Shown here: in pieces, positions 1 to 9,037 of the stretch | How the letters are laid out: each line of letters starts with the position of its first letter | Numbering within the stretch: position 1 is the stretch's first letter | From: Flavobacteriaceae bacterium | Lineage (GTDB): Bacteria; Bacteroidota; Bacteroidia; Flavobacteriales; Flavobacteriaceae | Length of the DNA stretch: 32,000 nucleotides | Reading direction: 5' to 3' | NCBI GenBank assembly: GCA_965224465.1 | Contig: OZ245049.1 | Span: 570,001 to 602,000, forward strand | Translations under genes and position numbers: made by a program | The notes under the pieces: generated by a model | The model's database searches: none | Told to the model about the DNA's origin: nothing | Seen by the model: only the letters and a program-made list of their open reading frames with translations

Positions 1-94
1 ACTGATGCTCCTTAAAAGGTTTCATCACTTCATTATCCTTCATTATATCTTTCTTTTTAGGAGCTGTATAGTCTCCAAATATTATATTTGTCAT
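1..94 (-). CDS. hypothetical protein, 5' end only (gene runs off the left edge); downstream of the vgrG module, candidate T6SS cargo or adaptor
   Basis: ATG at 94..92 on the minus strand reads MTNIIFGDYTAPKKKDIMKDNEVMKPFKEHQ and stays open to the window edge. It starts 5 nt after the stop of the 64-aa ORF. It is absent from the ORF track because it is truncated. Confidence 0.3.
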   Translation of the reverse strand, partial: MTNIIFGDYTAPKKKDIMKDNEVMKPFKEHQ

Positions 95-99
95 TATTG

Positions 100-294
100 C
101 TATTTATTACCTTCTACATTAATTTTTTTTCCGCAATTAAGCACTAAGTCTTCGTGTTGAGATTCTATATTTATCGAATTCGAAATTTTAATTATTTCAC
201 CTTTTACGATTAAAATATACTCTTTATCTACACTAATTTCTATATTTCTTGCTTGTTTTATAATTGCCATATTAAAAAAGATTTGTTTTGTCAC
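100..294 (-). CDS. small hypothetical protein overlapping the vgrG 3' end (alternative start at 267)
   Basis: 64-aa ORF overlapping the vgrG stop by 23 nt. It has an alternating hydrophobic/polar pattern (ARNIEISVDKEYILIVKGEIIKISNSINIE) reminiscent of the beta-helical repeats at the VgrG C-terminus. No recognisable family. Confidence 0.3.
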   Translation of the reverse strand: MTKQIFFNMAIIKQARNIEISVDKEYILIVKGEIIKISNSINIESQHEDLVLNCGKKINVEGNK

Positions 295-2086
295 TACTGT
301 TTAATTTTACACTTTTTCCACTTTGTAGCGTCATGTCTTCCTTTTTACTTACTATAGTTACTTTGGATGCTATTTCATTAGAACTGTCCGATTGTCTCTT
401 AAACTCAATATCAACAAGTTCTTTTCTTTTGTCACTCTTTTCTTTTATATCTCCACTCGCATTTTGTAAAATATCCTTCCCTGCTCTAGAAGATATATTC
501 CGTCCAGCCGTCTCATCAATATTCTCTCCCGCATTTACCACTATATTTTTACCTGCGCTGATATTTATATTTTCTCCCGCAGTAATATTAATATCCTTGA
601 GTGCATTGATACTAATTGTTTCATTTTTGGTATCTATAATTATATGATTGCCTTTTTTATCCGTAATCGTAATACTCTCTTCCCTCGGCGTATCATTAAA
701 CTCAATCATATGTCCACTTTTAGTAATAATGGATTTTATATTATTGTCTTGTTTTCCTCCTAGGCCATTTTCGCTGTGAAACATACTCCCCATCACAAAG
801 GGTCTGTTGGGATCGTTGTATTCAAAACCTACCATTACCTGGTCGTTTACTTCGGGGATAAAAACATGTCCTCTATTTTTTGCATGGTTTTTACTGCTTC
901 CAGCATCGGGTGTCATTACACGTATCCAAGAAGTTTTCATGGTGTGTATTTGCCAATTAAAACGTACTTGTACGCGTCCCATTTCTCTGGGGTCGGCATT
1001 AGACATAACCGTGGCTAGTTGGGTTGATGCCTTGGGCAAGGATACCTTGGGTTCTTCGAGTACTGCAATTCCAGACGGAATTGCCTCAAAGGTGTTGTAA
1101 TATTCCGAACGTTCGGTAGCATGGTGGCTTATATTGGTAATCATATACTCCCCATAATTTTTAATGTCAAAGCTAGTTTCCTCGTCTACCTTGGCTCTCA
1201 CCTTAATCACAGTTCCTACGGTTAAGCCCTGCTTGGTGCTTTTTCCTTTCATTACATGCAATCCTGCACTTAATGTGGCTTGTTTACGTGCGACTAAATC
1301 GTCTATTTGAGATTTCATTTCAGTCTCAATATTGGTAAAACCATTTTTTGGATTTTTGTAGGTTTCCAAAGAGGTATAAAAGGCATGTGAGCCCAGTTCG
1401 TTTAATCCTGCTACTTGATCCTTGGACGAAGTGCTTATTAATCTGTTATTGGTAGCGTTGTAAGAGAATTTTGTTTGTCCGTGATCCTTTATTTTTATTT
1501 CTAATTGTATTTCGGACAGGTCTCTTCCGTATTCGATTGCTACAGCTTCTTCTTGGGGTGGTTTCCCAAATATTAATTGTACGCCGTTATAATAAAACCA
1601 TTCGTTGTATTGTTTTGCCAATCGCTGCAAAAAATCGTAATTATTTTCGTTGTATTGTACTTGGTATTCTATGACTTCGTTAAATGTAGGTTTTATGAGT
1701 AACGGTACTCGTAAGTCTCCCATGGTTTGTCTTACAATACCTTCTAAGGTGTTTTGCCGCCAAGAACACAATTGTTTTCCTCCTTGTAAAAGTATGGTGG
1801 GCGAATATCCTTTTATGATTAAATTACCATTATGCCCATCCTTATTTTCAAGGTTTATAGAGCTTATATAACCTAAAAAATCGACGGTACCAAAAGTTAT
1901 AATTAATGATTTCCCTAGCCAATCCTTCGATTTATCTATCGTATGTCCTCCGGTTTCTTCTACCACATCATTGTCTAAAATAATTTCAAAAAAATGATGG
2001 TCATTTATTTTTTGAACTAAGTGTATTTTAGTAAAACTTGTAATGATTTTCCCGTCTATACTTAGGCTGGTTTTTGGTGCACTCAT
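272..2086 (-). CDS. tssI: T6SS spike protein VgrG (TssI)
   Basis: 604 aa. It has the gp27/gp5-like hallmark GRVQVRFNWQ...WIRVMTPDAGS...FIPEVNDQVMVGFEYNDPNRPFVMGSMFH (gp5 OB-fold). C-terminal beta-helix repeats read INITAGENINISAGKNIVVNAGENIDETAGRNISSRAGKDI. The size is typical of Bacteroidota VgrG. Confidence 0.9.
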   Translation of the reverse strand: MSAPKTSLSIDGKIITSFTKIHLVQKINDHHFFEIILDNDVVEETGGHTIDKSKDWLGKSLIITFGTVDFLGYISSINLENKDGHNGNLIIKGYSPTILLQGGKQLCSWRQNTLEGIVRQTMGDLRVPLLIKPTFNEVIEYQVQYNENNYDFLQRLAKQYNEWFYYNGVQLIFGKPPQEEAVAIEYGRDLSEIQLEIKIKDHGQTKFSYNATNNRLISTSSKDQVAGLNELGSHAFYTSLETYKNPKNGFTNIETEMKSQIDDLVARKQATLSAGLHVMKGKSTKQGLTVGTVIKVRAKVDEETSFDIKNYGEYMITNISHHATERSEYYNTFEAIPSGIAVLEEPKVSLPKASTQLATVMSNADPREMGRVQVRFNWQIHTMKTSWIRVMTPDAGSSKNHAKNRGHVFIPEVNDQVMVGFEYNDPNRPFVMGSMFHSENGLGGKQDNNIKSIITKSGHMIEFNDTPREESITITDKKGNHIIIDTKNETISINALKDINITAGENINISAGKNIVVNAGENIDETAGRNISSRAGKDILQNASGDIKEKSDKRKELVDIEFKRQSDSSNEIASKVTIVSKKEDMTLQSGKSVKLNSSDKTNLF

Positions 2087-2185
2087 ATCTCTTTTTTTTG
2101 CAATTATTTTTATTACTAAAGCTAGAAAAACTATGGGGATCCCTCTTGTATTTTGTTATTTAATACTGTGGAAAAGTGTGCGTTT

Positions 2186-2386
2186 TTATTCAAAAAGTAA
2201 ACAATTCCCAACACAAAAAAAGGAGTAAAGAAACTGCTCACTCCTTTTTTGACTGTTTTTTAGGGTACCGATTACATTGGAAGATACTTTTTCTTTTTTG
2301 TCTGTTGAACGACTGAATGTGTACTCTGAAAAAAGCACGTCAAATTTGGTACCACCTAATTCTAGGTGAGCTCTAAATGATCCCAT
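2186..2386 (-). pseudogene. tssD: truncated hcp/tssD: only about the N-terminal 40 codons are Hcp-like
   Basis: MGSFRAHLELGGTKFDVLFSEYTFSRSTDKKEKVSSNVIG resembles the N-terminus of Bacteroidota Hcp (FRA.L..GG.EFDVL...Y...R..D.K....SS...G). Similarity then ends, the frame runs through a terminator hairpin and stops at 66 aa, whereas full Hcp is about 130 aa. No coding potential remains in the 100 nt before vgrG. Confidence 0.6.
2214..2251 (-). terminator. bidirectional Rho-independent-type hairpin (A-run / AGGAGT..ACTCCT stem / T-run)
   Basis: aaaaaaaAGGAGTaaagaaactgctcACTCCTtttttt. It is a 6-bp GC-containing stem extendable by flanking A:T pairs, with T-runs on both strands. It lies inside the hcp remnant ORF. 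Confidence 0.45.
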
Positions 2387-2770
2387 TAATTTTTTATTTA
2401 AATTAGCAATTCTTTTTTAAAATCAATCCACCTTTTTACTCCTATAAAAGCATTTTGATTTTATATGATGCGTTTAGAACAAATTCTCGAACAAAAAAAC
2501 TGAAATTCTTAAAGCTTTCGTAAAGAAAATACGAAGCATAGATATTATATAACCGTTTATTTTGGAAAGAAGAATAAGATTCTAAATTGCCATATCTATC
2601 ACTAAATTAGTAGTTTAATTTGTTTTTACCAAATAAATTAATTAAAAAACACAGGGATAAAAAACAAAAAGAGCGCCAGCATGAGTATTTACTAGATTGT
2701 TGTAGTCATATTTTTTTTATAAAATACATCGCATCTTCTTAAATCAAGTATTAAGTTAATTTACAAACAC

Positions 2771-3568
2771 TTAGCTTTTAAAATATACGATACTAATAAG
2801 GATCAAAAAAAGCATATTGCAAATTATCAAACATTGAAATGTACTATTGGAATTTATTACCGTATTGTTTACGCTCTTTTGAAGATTTAAAATAAGTCGC
2901 CTATTATTTTGTTGTATACTATCGGTTATTCTAAATAAAGAGTTTATTTTTTTATCTAGTTTCTTATTATTGGCTACTTCTCTTACAAAGGAATGAGAGA
3001 CATCTTTAAATAACTCCTCATTGGATTCACTTTTTAAAGAGAGATACATGCTCCGTAACTTTATTTTGGGCACTTCAATACGCAACAATTCGTCATTCTT
3101 TTCGAGATAAACAATCTCTTGTTGTAATACCCAATAACTATATGACATCACTAATAATCCCAATACCCCTAAAAGGAACAGCACTTTAGATAATTTTATT
3201 CTTGGTGTTTTTTCAATTGTAGCCCTATTTAACCTAAAGGTTTCTTTTTTAGGTTTTTGAATCCGTTTTTTGGGTGTACTAGGCAGCGGTTTTATTTTTT
3301 TTCCTGTTTTATTTTCGCTTACTTTTTTTTCTTTTTGATTTAAGAACTCAAAGCGATCCATCGTATATTTACCAAAATGTTCATTTACTCTACGCTGTCT
3401 TACCAGCCAATCTAACACTTCCTTTATATCCCGCAGTGCAATTTCTGAATTATCTATTTTCCATAAAATATCTTCAGGAGCAAGCGGCACTGCTTTTTCC
3501 TGGTTTTCATTAAACATGATTTCTAAAACGACATCATGCAGGAGCGCATTCGTTTTTGTTGTTTTCAT
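2771..3568 (-). CDS. hypothetical bitopic membrane protein, last gene of the T6SS operon
   Basis: 265 aa. Its ATG lies 2 nt from the tssR stop, suggesting translational coupling. It has a soluble N-terminal about 80 aa, a Lys/Pro-rich linker, a TM segment (LFLLGVLGLLVMSYSYWVL), a predicted helical region and a C-terminal hydrophobic tail (CLIICNMLFLILISIVYF). No family recognised. Confidence 0.6.
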   Translation of the reverse strand: MKTTKTNALLHDVVLEIMFNENQEKAVPLAPEDILWKIDNSEIALRDIKEVLDWLVRQRRVNEHFGKYTMDRFEFLNQKEKKVSENKTGKKIKPLPSTPKKRIQKPKKETFRLNRATIEKTPRIKLSKVLFLLGVLGLLVMSYSYWVLQQEIVYLEKNDELLRIEVPKIKLRSMYLSLKSESNEELFKDVSHSFVREVANNKKLDKKINSLFRITDSIQQNNRRLILNLQKSVNNTVINSNSTFQCLIICNMLFLILISIVYFKS

Positions 3569-3570
3569 AC

Positions 3571-5919
3571 TTAAATAATTTTCTCAATTGGAATAAAATA
3601 ATAGCTGCCTTTTTCACCTTTTAATTCTATACCGTTACCTTGTTCTAATAGATTTTCTAATTCTTCCGTTTTACCTCTAACATAATTCATCACACTAAAA
3701 AACAATTTATTAGAAACCCTTCTTTTACTACGTAAATCAGACACTGAAATATCATTAAAACACTTAATTTGCACTGGAAAACCAGTTTTAAAAAAGAACA
3801 GCTCCGCCAAACTACTATTCAAACCTAACTCTTTGCGTAAAATCATAGTATTAATACCTTCTAAATTATCTTTATACAGTTTAAAAATAACATTCCTATC
3901 TTTTCTTGATAGAGCTTCTGTAATTTTAGGAGAGAGGGATCGGTATCCATCAATTAAAATTTCTAATTCACTTTCGCTCAACAAAAAACCTTGGACAAAA
4001 CCACTATTTTCAGAAAAATTAAAACTTCGATTTTCATAATAATTTGATTTTAAATCATATTTAGGAATTATTCTCTTATTAAAAAGGGTATCATTTTCAA
4101 TTATCTGATGTATTCTAAATCCTGATTTGGCACCTAAAAAACCAAGTTTTCCAGCATGATATTCCAAAGAATTAATAAATATTTTATTGAACTTGATTGT
4201 TTTTGAGAGCACAGCATCCAACGCTATATCAAAAGATGCCGGATCCAATTGCTGGTTTATTTTAGGAAAAACAAGTCCTCCTTGGTAGATACTATTTTCT
4301 GGAGAATCATATACATAAATATTGTCCTTAGAAGGAATATTAATAAATATATGGTTTTTTTTCACCAACTTATTTTCAACAGTATATGCCTTTAAAAAAG
4401 CAGCATATTTGCTTCCTACTAAACTTAATATCTGTTTGGCTTGCAACATATAATCTTGATATTCAGGAGTTGATTTGTTTTCTAACTGATAAAAAATTAA
4501 ACGGGATGAGCTGAGTGCAATTTTTTTTGTCAATTGTTCAAAATCATGGATGTTATTAAACTTTTTTTCTCCTACAATCATAATAATATTATTTGAAAAG
4601 CTAGGTGTTTTTATTGCCGCTAAGCTATACTCCAAACATTGGGCAATCCCCTTACCACCATCACTTGAAGTAATAGATGGATTATCAGCTATTGCTTTTC
4701 GAATATAATCAATCCATAATTGAAATGATTTTGACATCGGAAAATTATAAAACCTACTACAACCATAAGAACTTGCCGTAAAGTTAAATTCATAATCCTT
4801 ATACATTTCGTCTTCGGAAATTTGCATCCAAATTCGTTGTAAAGAACTTACTATTTTTTTTTGCTTAGGTCTTGTATTTAGGCTGCAATCAAATATATAA
4901 TGAAAGTTAATAATTTTATTATCATCTTTAATTTCTTTAATTTTTCGAATTAATATATCATTCCCTTCAACATTAATTAATTTACTATCGTAATTATCCC
5001 AAACATGTAGGGGCACAGAAACATTTAAAGAGTCATAATTATTAATAACACGCTGCCTATGTTTCTTATTTATGTATAAAAAATCCGAGGCTATTTCTCT
5101 TTTTTCAATACCTATCTTTTCTGTTTTATTAGTTCCCGTAAAAAACAAAGAGTCCATTTTATGTATATCTAACACTTGTTGTTGTCCTATATTTTTAAGC
5201 ATTGATGCGGGTATCCAACCCATAATTTGTTTTGTAGCAACGGTATCATACATGTTTTTAAGATTAGAAACCAATGCAGACGCTTTTGTATCACTATATT
5301 TATAAAGGTACACAAACTGCCCAAGTTTAAATTTTTTATCGATCTTGTTTTTAAGTTTTGGTGAGTCATAAACATGCACTAAGTCTTGTGCTACATGTTT
5401 TTTAATATTAAACAAGGCATCTAGCTTATTAATTCCTAACAAGTATCGCAATGGTCTAAAATTGTATTCACTAATTTTAGGATGTGAAAACAGCAATAAT
5501 TTATGCTTCTGAATCCAGCCAACATAGGAAACATTTTTTGCTTTTTTAAAAGTATATTTTCCGCTATAAACAGGGCTTAACAAGCCTTTAGGTTTCCCTA
5601 ATAAAGACGGATCAAGTTTTACAATTTCAAATAAATTATTTTTTTCATTAATCACATAATAAGGAGTCAAAAAATGTTGTTGTTTCCCTTTTTTTAAAGA
5701 GTATGGATCTAAATACACATTGTTTTTAGCTCTATCAGAATACACGATTTTAATATTTTTATCTTTGTCCAGCTTGTTTTTAGTTACAGGGCTATCTAAA
5801 AAATTATAGCCAGACTGTTCTATTTTTTTAAGGGATGTATATGTATGAACCTGTGCAAATAAGACACTATTAATCCCTATGCAAAAAAACAGTAAAGAAC
5901 ATCTAATTATATGTTTCAT
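3571..5919 (-). CDS. tssR: large secreted T6SS-iii protein, probable TssR
   Basis: 782 aa with an N-terminal signal peptide (MKHIIRCSLLFFCIGINSVLFA/QV). Its size and position at the end of the Bacteroidota-specific tssN/O/P block match TssR. Assigned by context and length, not by a diagnostic motif. Confidence 0.55.
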   Translation of the reverse strand: MKHIIRCSLLFFCIGINSVLFAQVHTYTSLKKIEQSGYNFLDSPVTKNKLDKDKNIKIVYSDRAKNNVYLDPYSLKKGKQQHFLTPYYVINEKNNLFEIVKLDPSLLGKPKGLLSPVYSGKYTFKKAKNVSYVGWIQKHKLLLFSHPKISEYNFRPLRYLLGINKLDALFNIKKHVAQDLVHVYDSPKLKNKIDKKFKLGQFVYLYKYSDTKASALVSNLKNMYDTVATKQIMGWIPASMLKNIGQQQVLDIHKMDSLFFTGTNKTEKIGIEKREIASDFLYINKKHRQRVINNYDSLNVSVPLHVWDNYDSKLINVEGNDILIRKIKEIKDDNKIINFHYIFDCSLNTRPKQKKIVSSLQRIWMQISEDEMYKDYEFNFTASSYGCSRFYNFPMSKSFQLWIDYIRKAIADNPSITSSDGGKGIAQCLEYSLAAIKTPSFSNNIIMIVGEKKFNNIHDFEQLTKKIALSSSRLIFYQLENKSTPEYQDYMLQAKQILSLVGSKYAAFLKAYTVENKLVKKNHIFINIPSKDNIYVYDSPENSIYQGGLVFPKINQQLDPASFDIALDAVLSKTIKFNKIFINSLEYHAGKLGFLGAKSGFRIHQIIENDTLFNKRIIPKYDLKSNYYENRSFNFSENSGFVQGFLLSESELEILIDGYRSLSPKITEALSRKDRNVIFKLYKDNLEGINTMILRKELGLNSSLAELFFFKTGFPVQIKCFNDISVSDLRSKRRVSNKLFFSVMNYVRGKTEELENLLEQGNGIELKGEKGSYYFIPIEKII

Positions 5920-5948
5920 AAAATGGTTTTTAAAGACGTTTTATTAAT

Positions 5949-6887
5949 TTATTTCTGTAGTGTACTCTGTATCACTTCTATTCTTTTTACACAATGTATA
6001 GTATCAATTTTTACTTGATCTATAGTTACAGTTTTTACACCTCTGCCTTCTAAAAAATGCAGTCCTTGGCAATAGCTATATAAATCATTATATTTTCCGT
6101 TAACGACTACGGTAACTTTCTCTCCATTATTACATGTATATTGGTTTTTTATATGATTAAAATTTTTATAATAGACTTTCTTATTTGAACTAGTTGCATT
6201 GGCTATGGCTTGAAATATTTCTTTTATATCCTCTTGAGCCATTCCCAACGAATCTATAGGTTTTTCTACAATTACATTAAATTGCGGAAAAATTTCTACT
6301 CTAAATTTTGCAGGATATTTATTCATGTTGGTTTTTAACTTTATGGTATATATCCCTGGGTTTTTATACACATAAATAGCCTGACTTTCCTCAGAGTCTA
6401 TCATCCCTGATTCTCCAAACTCCCATTTCCATTGTGTTACACCAGGCGAGAAAGAAGAAAAAACAAGTTCTTCGTTTACAAAACCTGTGTCTGAACCACC
6501 TATTTTTACAATGGAATCAAAAGCAACAAACGTAGAAAGCTTTAGAACTTCTATATCCTTAGAAATATTAAATTGATTATCAATAGATAATGTAATTTTA
6601 TACCTTCCGGGTTTCTTATACGTATATTTTACATTTTTAACATTCTCTATCATATCTCCATTTCCAAAATGCCATAAAATTTTCCTGTCAGCATAGCTAA
6701 CACTATCACTAATTATAAAATCCAAACGCTCCCCAGTTTCGAAATGATAATTATGATTTGCATCATAAATATTAAAGTCCAAATTGCTTAATTTAGTACG
6801 AAATGGCATCCAAACAGCAATAATTACTGCCACTATAATTGCAAGAACCAATACAATTAATCCTATAATTTTTTTGTTAGTTTTCAT
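5949..6887 (-). CDS. tssP: membrane-anchored protein with two PKD-like domains, probable TssP
   Basis: 312 aa with an N-terminal signal anchor (IIGLIVLVLAIIVAVIIAVWM). Two PKD-type signatures are present: WHFGNGD...YTYKKPGRYKITL and WKWEFGESG...YVYKNPGIYTIKL. It overlaps the upstream gene by 11 nt. Confidence 0.5.
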   Translation of the reverse strand: MKTNKKIIGLIVLVLAIIVAVIIAVWMPFRTKLSNLDFNIYDANHNYHFETGERLDFIISDSVSYADRKILWHFGNGDMIENVKNVKYTYKKPGRYKITLSIDNQFNISKDIEVLKLSTFVAFDSIVKIGGSDTGFVNEELVFSSFSPGVTQWKWEFGESGMIDSEESQAIYVYKNPGIYTIKLKTNMNKYPAKFRVEIFPQFNVIVEKPIDSLGMAQEDIKEIFQAIANATSSNKKVYYKNFNHIKNQYTCNNGEKVTVVVNGKYNDLYSYCQGLHFLEGRGVKTVTIDQVKIDTIHCVKRIEVIQSTLQK

Positions 6888-7344
6888 TTAAAATCCCTGC
6901 TTTACATTCGTTTAATTTTATTGCTAATCTTTTAATATTCTTTGCCAAGGAACTTTGCTCTTCCTTTGTTTCAAAATAAATTTGAAGAATATTGCTTGAT
7001 TGTTTCGCAAATAAATATTTTGAATTTCGATTATTCTTTAAATAAATATCATAGACCTCATTCATTTGTTTCCGCACTTCATCTTTGTATTGTACCATAT
7101 GAATATCAAATTCCATTTCGGTAATTTTCTGATGAATACCCTTCACTTTCTCCGTACATTTAAGTTGTGTTTCTAAGATACTTTCGTATTCATCAATATA
7201 GCCTAACAATTCTTTATTATTTGATTTTGGTACTTTAAAAATATATTTTGTTTGAATAATATACAAAATCAATAAGGACAAAATAAACAGTAGAATATAC
7301 TTTATTTTTAGCCAAAACACTTCACTTAAGTTTTCTAATTGCAT
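6877..7344 (-). CDS. single-pass membrane, helix-rich protein with TssO-like architecture
   Basis: 155 aa with an N-terminal TM (YILLFILSLLILYII) followed by a charged helical region. This is the same architecture and size as the adjacent 162-aa protein. The gap to the upstream gene is 4 nt. Confidence 0.5.
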   Translation of the reverse strand: MQLENLSEVFWLKIKYILLFILSLLILYIIQTKYIFKVPKSNNKELLGYIDEYESILETQLKCTEKVKGIHQKITEMEFDIHMVQYKDEVRKQMNEVYDIYLKNNRNSKYLFAKQSSNILQIYFETKEEQSSLAKNIKRLAIKLNECKAGILNEN

Positions 7345-7348
7345 GCGC

Positions 7349-7837
7349 TTATTTTTTATTATTTAAATCACTATACTTCTTGATACACCGCTCATACATT
7401 TCTTTATCTTGAAGGTATTCTTCTTCGGCAATTCCAAACTTATCAATCACAGATTGTATTGTTTTTATCTCAATTAAAAGCTCTTCGTACAAAGGAAATT
7501 CTCTGGGATTTAGAGCATCTTTTTTAATAATTTTTTCTATGTCGCTTCTTAGTTTTGAAATTAAAAGCTGGAATTGTTTATGTTCACTTAAGGTTCTTTT
7601 ACCTCCTTTTAATTGATGTAGTTTTTTTATAATCTCGTCAAGATCAAAAGTAATGGCTGCCTGATCTCCAAAAATCTTATTATAACCATCATATTTTTCC
7701 TCCAACACCGCCACTCCTTTGTAAGCCGTTATTATAGTAAAACTACTACTACTAAAAACAATAATTAATGTGATTAAGTACACAAGCACAAATCGTATTT
7801 TTTGCTTATTTAATTCTTTGTGATTTAATGGTTTCAT
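7349..7837 (-). CDS. tssO: single-pass membrane protein, probable TssO
   Basis: 162 aa with an N-terminal TM (FVLVYLITLIIVFSSSSFTIITA) and a helical C-terminal part. Its position between tssK and the PKD protein is as in T6SS-iii loci. Assigned by context. Confidence 0.45.
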   Translation of the reverse strand: MKPLNHKELNKQKIRFVLVYLITLIIVFSSSSFTIITAYKGVAVLEEKYDGYNKIFGDQAAITFDLDEIIKKLHQLKGGKRTLSEHKQFQLLISKLRSDIEKIIKKDALNPREFPLYEELLIEIKTIQSVIDKFGIAEEEYLQDKEMYERCIKKYSDLNNKK

Positions 7838-7848
7838 CCGTTTAAATT

Positions 7849-9000
7849 TTAATCAATTATAGACCAAGACCTATCTTGTGAATTGTCCCTTATTGTTTTT
7901 TTCTCCTCACTAATAACAATATTATCTTTACGCTGACCTATGTATTCTAACTCACTTAATTTCCTCCACAAAGTGTCTATTATAGCAATAAAGAAATCTG
8001 TTTTTTCTACCATATTATTTATCTCCAAATGGTCGTATTTCAAATCTATTACATTGCCTATCGCAGTTTCAAATACAGAAGGCTTGACATCTGTCCATTC
8101 GTAATAATATTGCAGTAGGTTTTCCCTTTCTTTATCTTCCATTATCGCTAATTCACTGGATAAATAATTGGCTAGAACTGCCATGGCATTTGCAATAAAA
8201 ATAGGTGCTTCTTCTTCCCCATACTGATTGAACTGAAATGCATACTGATTCACATAAGAGAGTACATTGTTACACAATAAAAAGGTATTACTTACCAATT
8301 TATTTGACTGTGCTTTTGATCTGTTTTTTTGATGAATAATAACAGAATGATTTCGCAATCGAATGATCACCTGAGAAATTTTATTATAAAAAGAAAACAA
8401 CTCCCTGTGATACCTGATTTTTGTGATAGGAGGCACATAGCCTTTATCATATATAAAAGAAGAATTTTTCCAATGTATTTTCCCTACCAACAAAAAAGAT
8501 TTCGTTAAAAAATTAGTATTAAACTGACTCTTTGGAATAATTATCAATTCGATTTTAGGTAACACATATGGATGATGCAACGGAATAATTTCAGGATCTG
8601 GTTCACCTACAGGAACTAAATCAAAAGGACTTACAGTGAGCACTAGATAAAACTCTAAATTACTAGTACCATCTATACTTTTGGATTCAATACTTGCAAT
8701 AGGAGCTTCACCTCCATACATCGCTGTTGAAAACTCAATTCTACATCCTTTGGAAGTGATTGCATTACACGAATGCAGTTTTAAGACCAGGCGTTCCTCC
8801 GTATGGGTTTGCACCGTTATATCTAATGAAGATAGCACATCCCCTTCAGGTTCTAACAATCCGTAATTGTACGATTTTATGTCTAAACTTGCATAATCGC
8901 GCATTGTTTCTGTGGAATGGTTGTAATTTTTAATAAAATGATCTTTATTTATCTTAACACCATCAACCCAATTAATTGCATAATATTTTTCCTTTTTCAT
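7849..9000 (-). CDS. tssK: T6SS baseplate protein, probable TssK
   Basis: 383 aa. The N-terminus YYAINWVDGVKINKDHF resembles the conserved TssK start (P..W..G..L...HFQ). It sits between tssN and tssO. Confidence 0.55.
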   Translation of the reverse strand: MKKEKYYAINWVDGVKINKDHFIKNYNHSTETMRDYASLDIKSYNYGLLEPEGDVLSSLDITVQTHTEERLVLKLHSCNAITSKGCRIEFSTAMYGGEAPIASIESKSIDGTSNLEFYLVLTVSPFDLVPVGEPDPEIIPLHHPYVLPKIELIIIPKSQFNTNFLTKSFLLVGKIHWKNSSFIYDKGYVPPITKIRYHRELFSFYNKISQVIIRLRNHSVIIHQKNRSKAQSNKLVSNTFLLCNNVLSYVNQYAFQFNQYGEEEAPIFIANAMAVLANYLSSELAIMEDKERENLLQYYYEWTDVKPSVFETAIGNVIDLKYDHLEINNMVEKTDFFIAIIDTLWRKLSELEYIGQRKDNIVISEEKKTIRDNSQDRSWSIID

Positions 9001-9037
9001 TTTCCTGAATTTTTAATTTGATAAAATAAACCTGTAT

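Noticed and set aside
288-2228. Plus-strand ORFs 288-647, 776-1018, 807-1100, 1471-1674, 1650-1871 and 2043-2228
   Set aside because: All are antisense to, or overlap, the well-supported vgrG gene. They have low-complexity hydrophobic translations typical of shadow ORFs.
2387-2770. Specific promoter boxes for the hcp-vgrG module
   Set aside because: The 384-bp AT-rich spacer certainly contains regulatory DNA. No clear TAnnTTTG/-33 TTTG pair at suitable spacing could be picked out with confidence.
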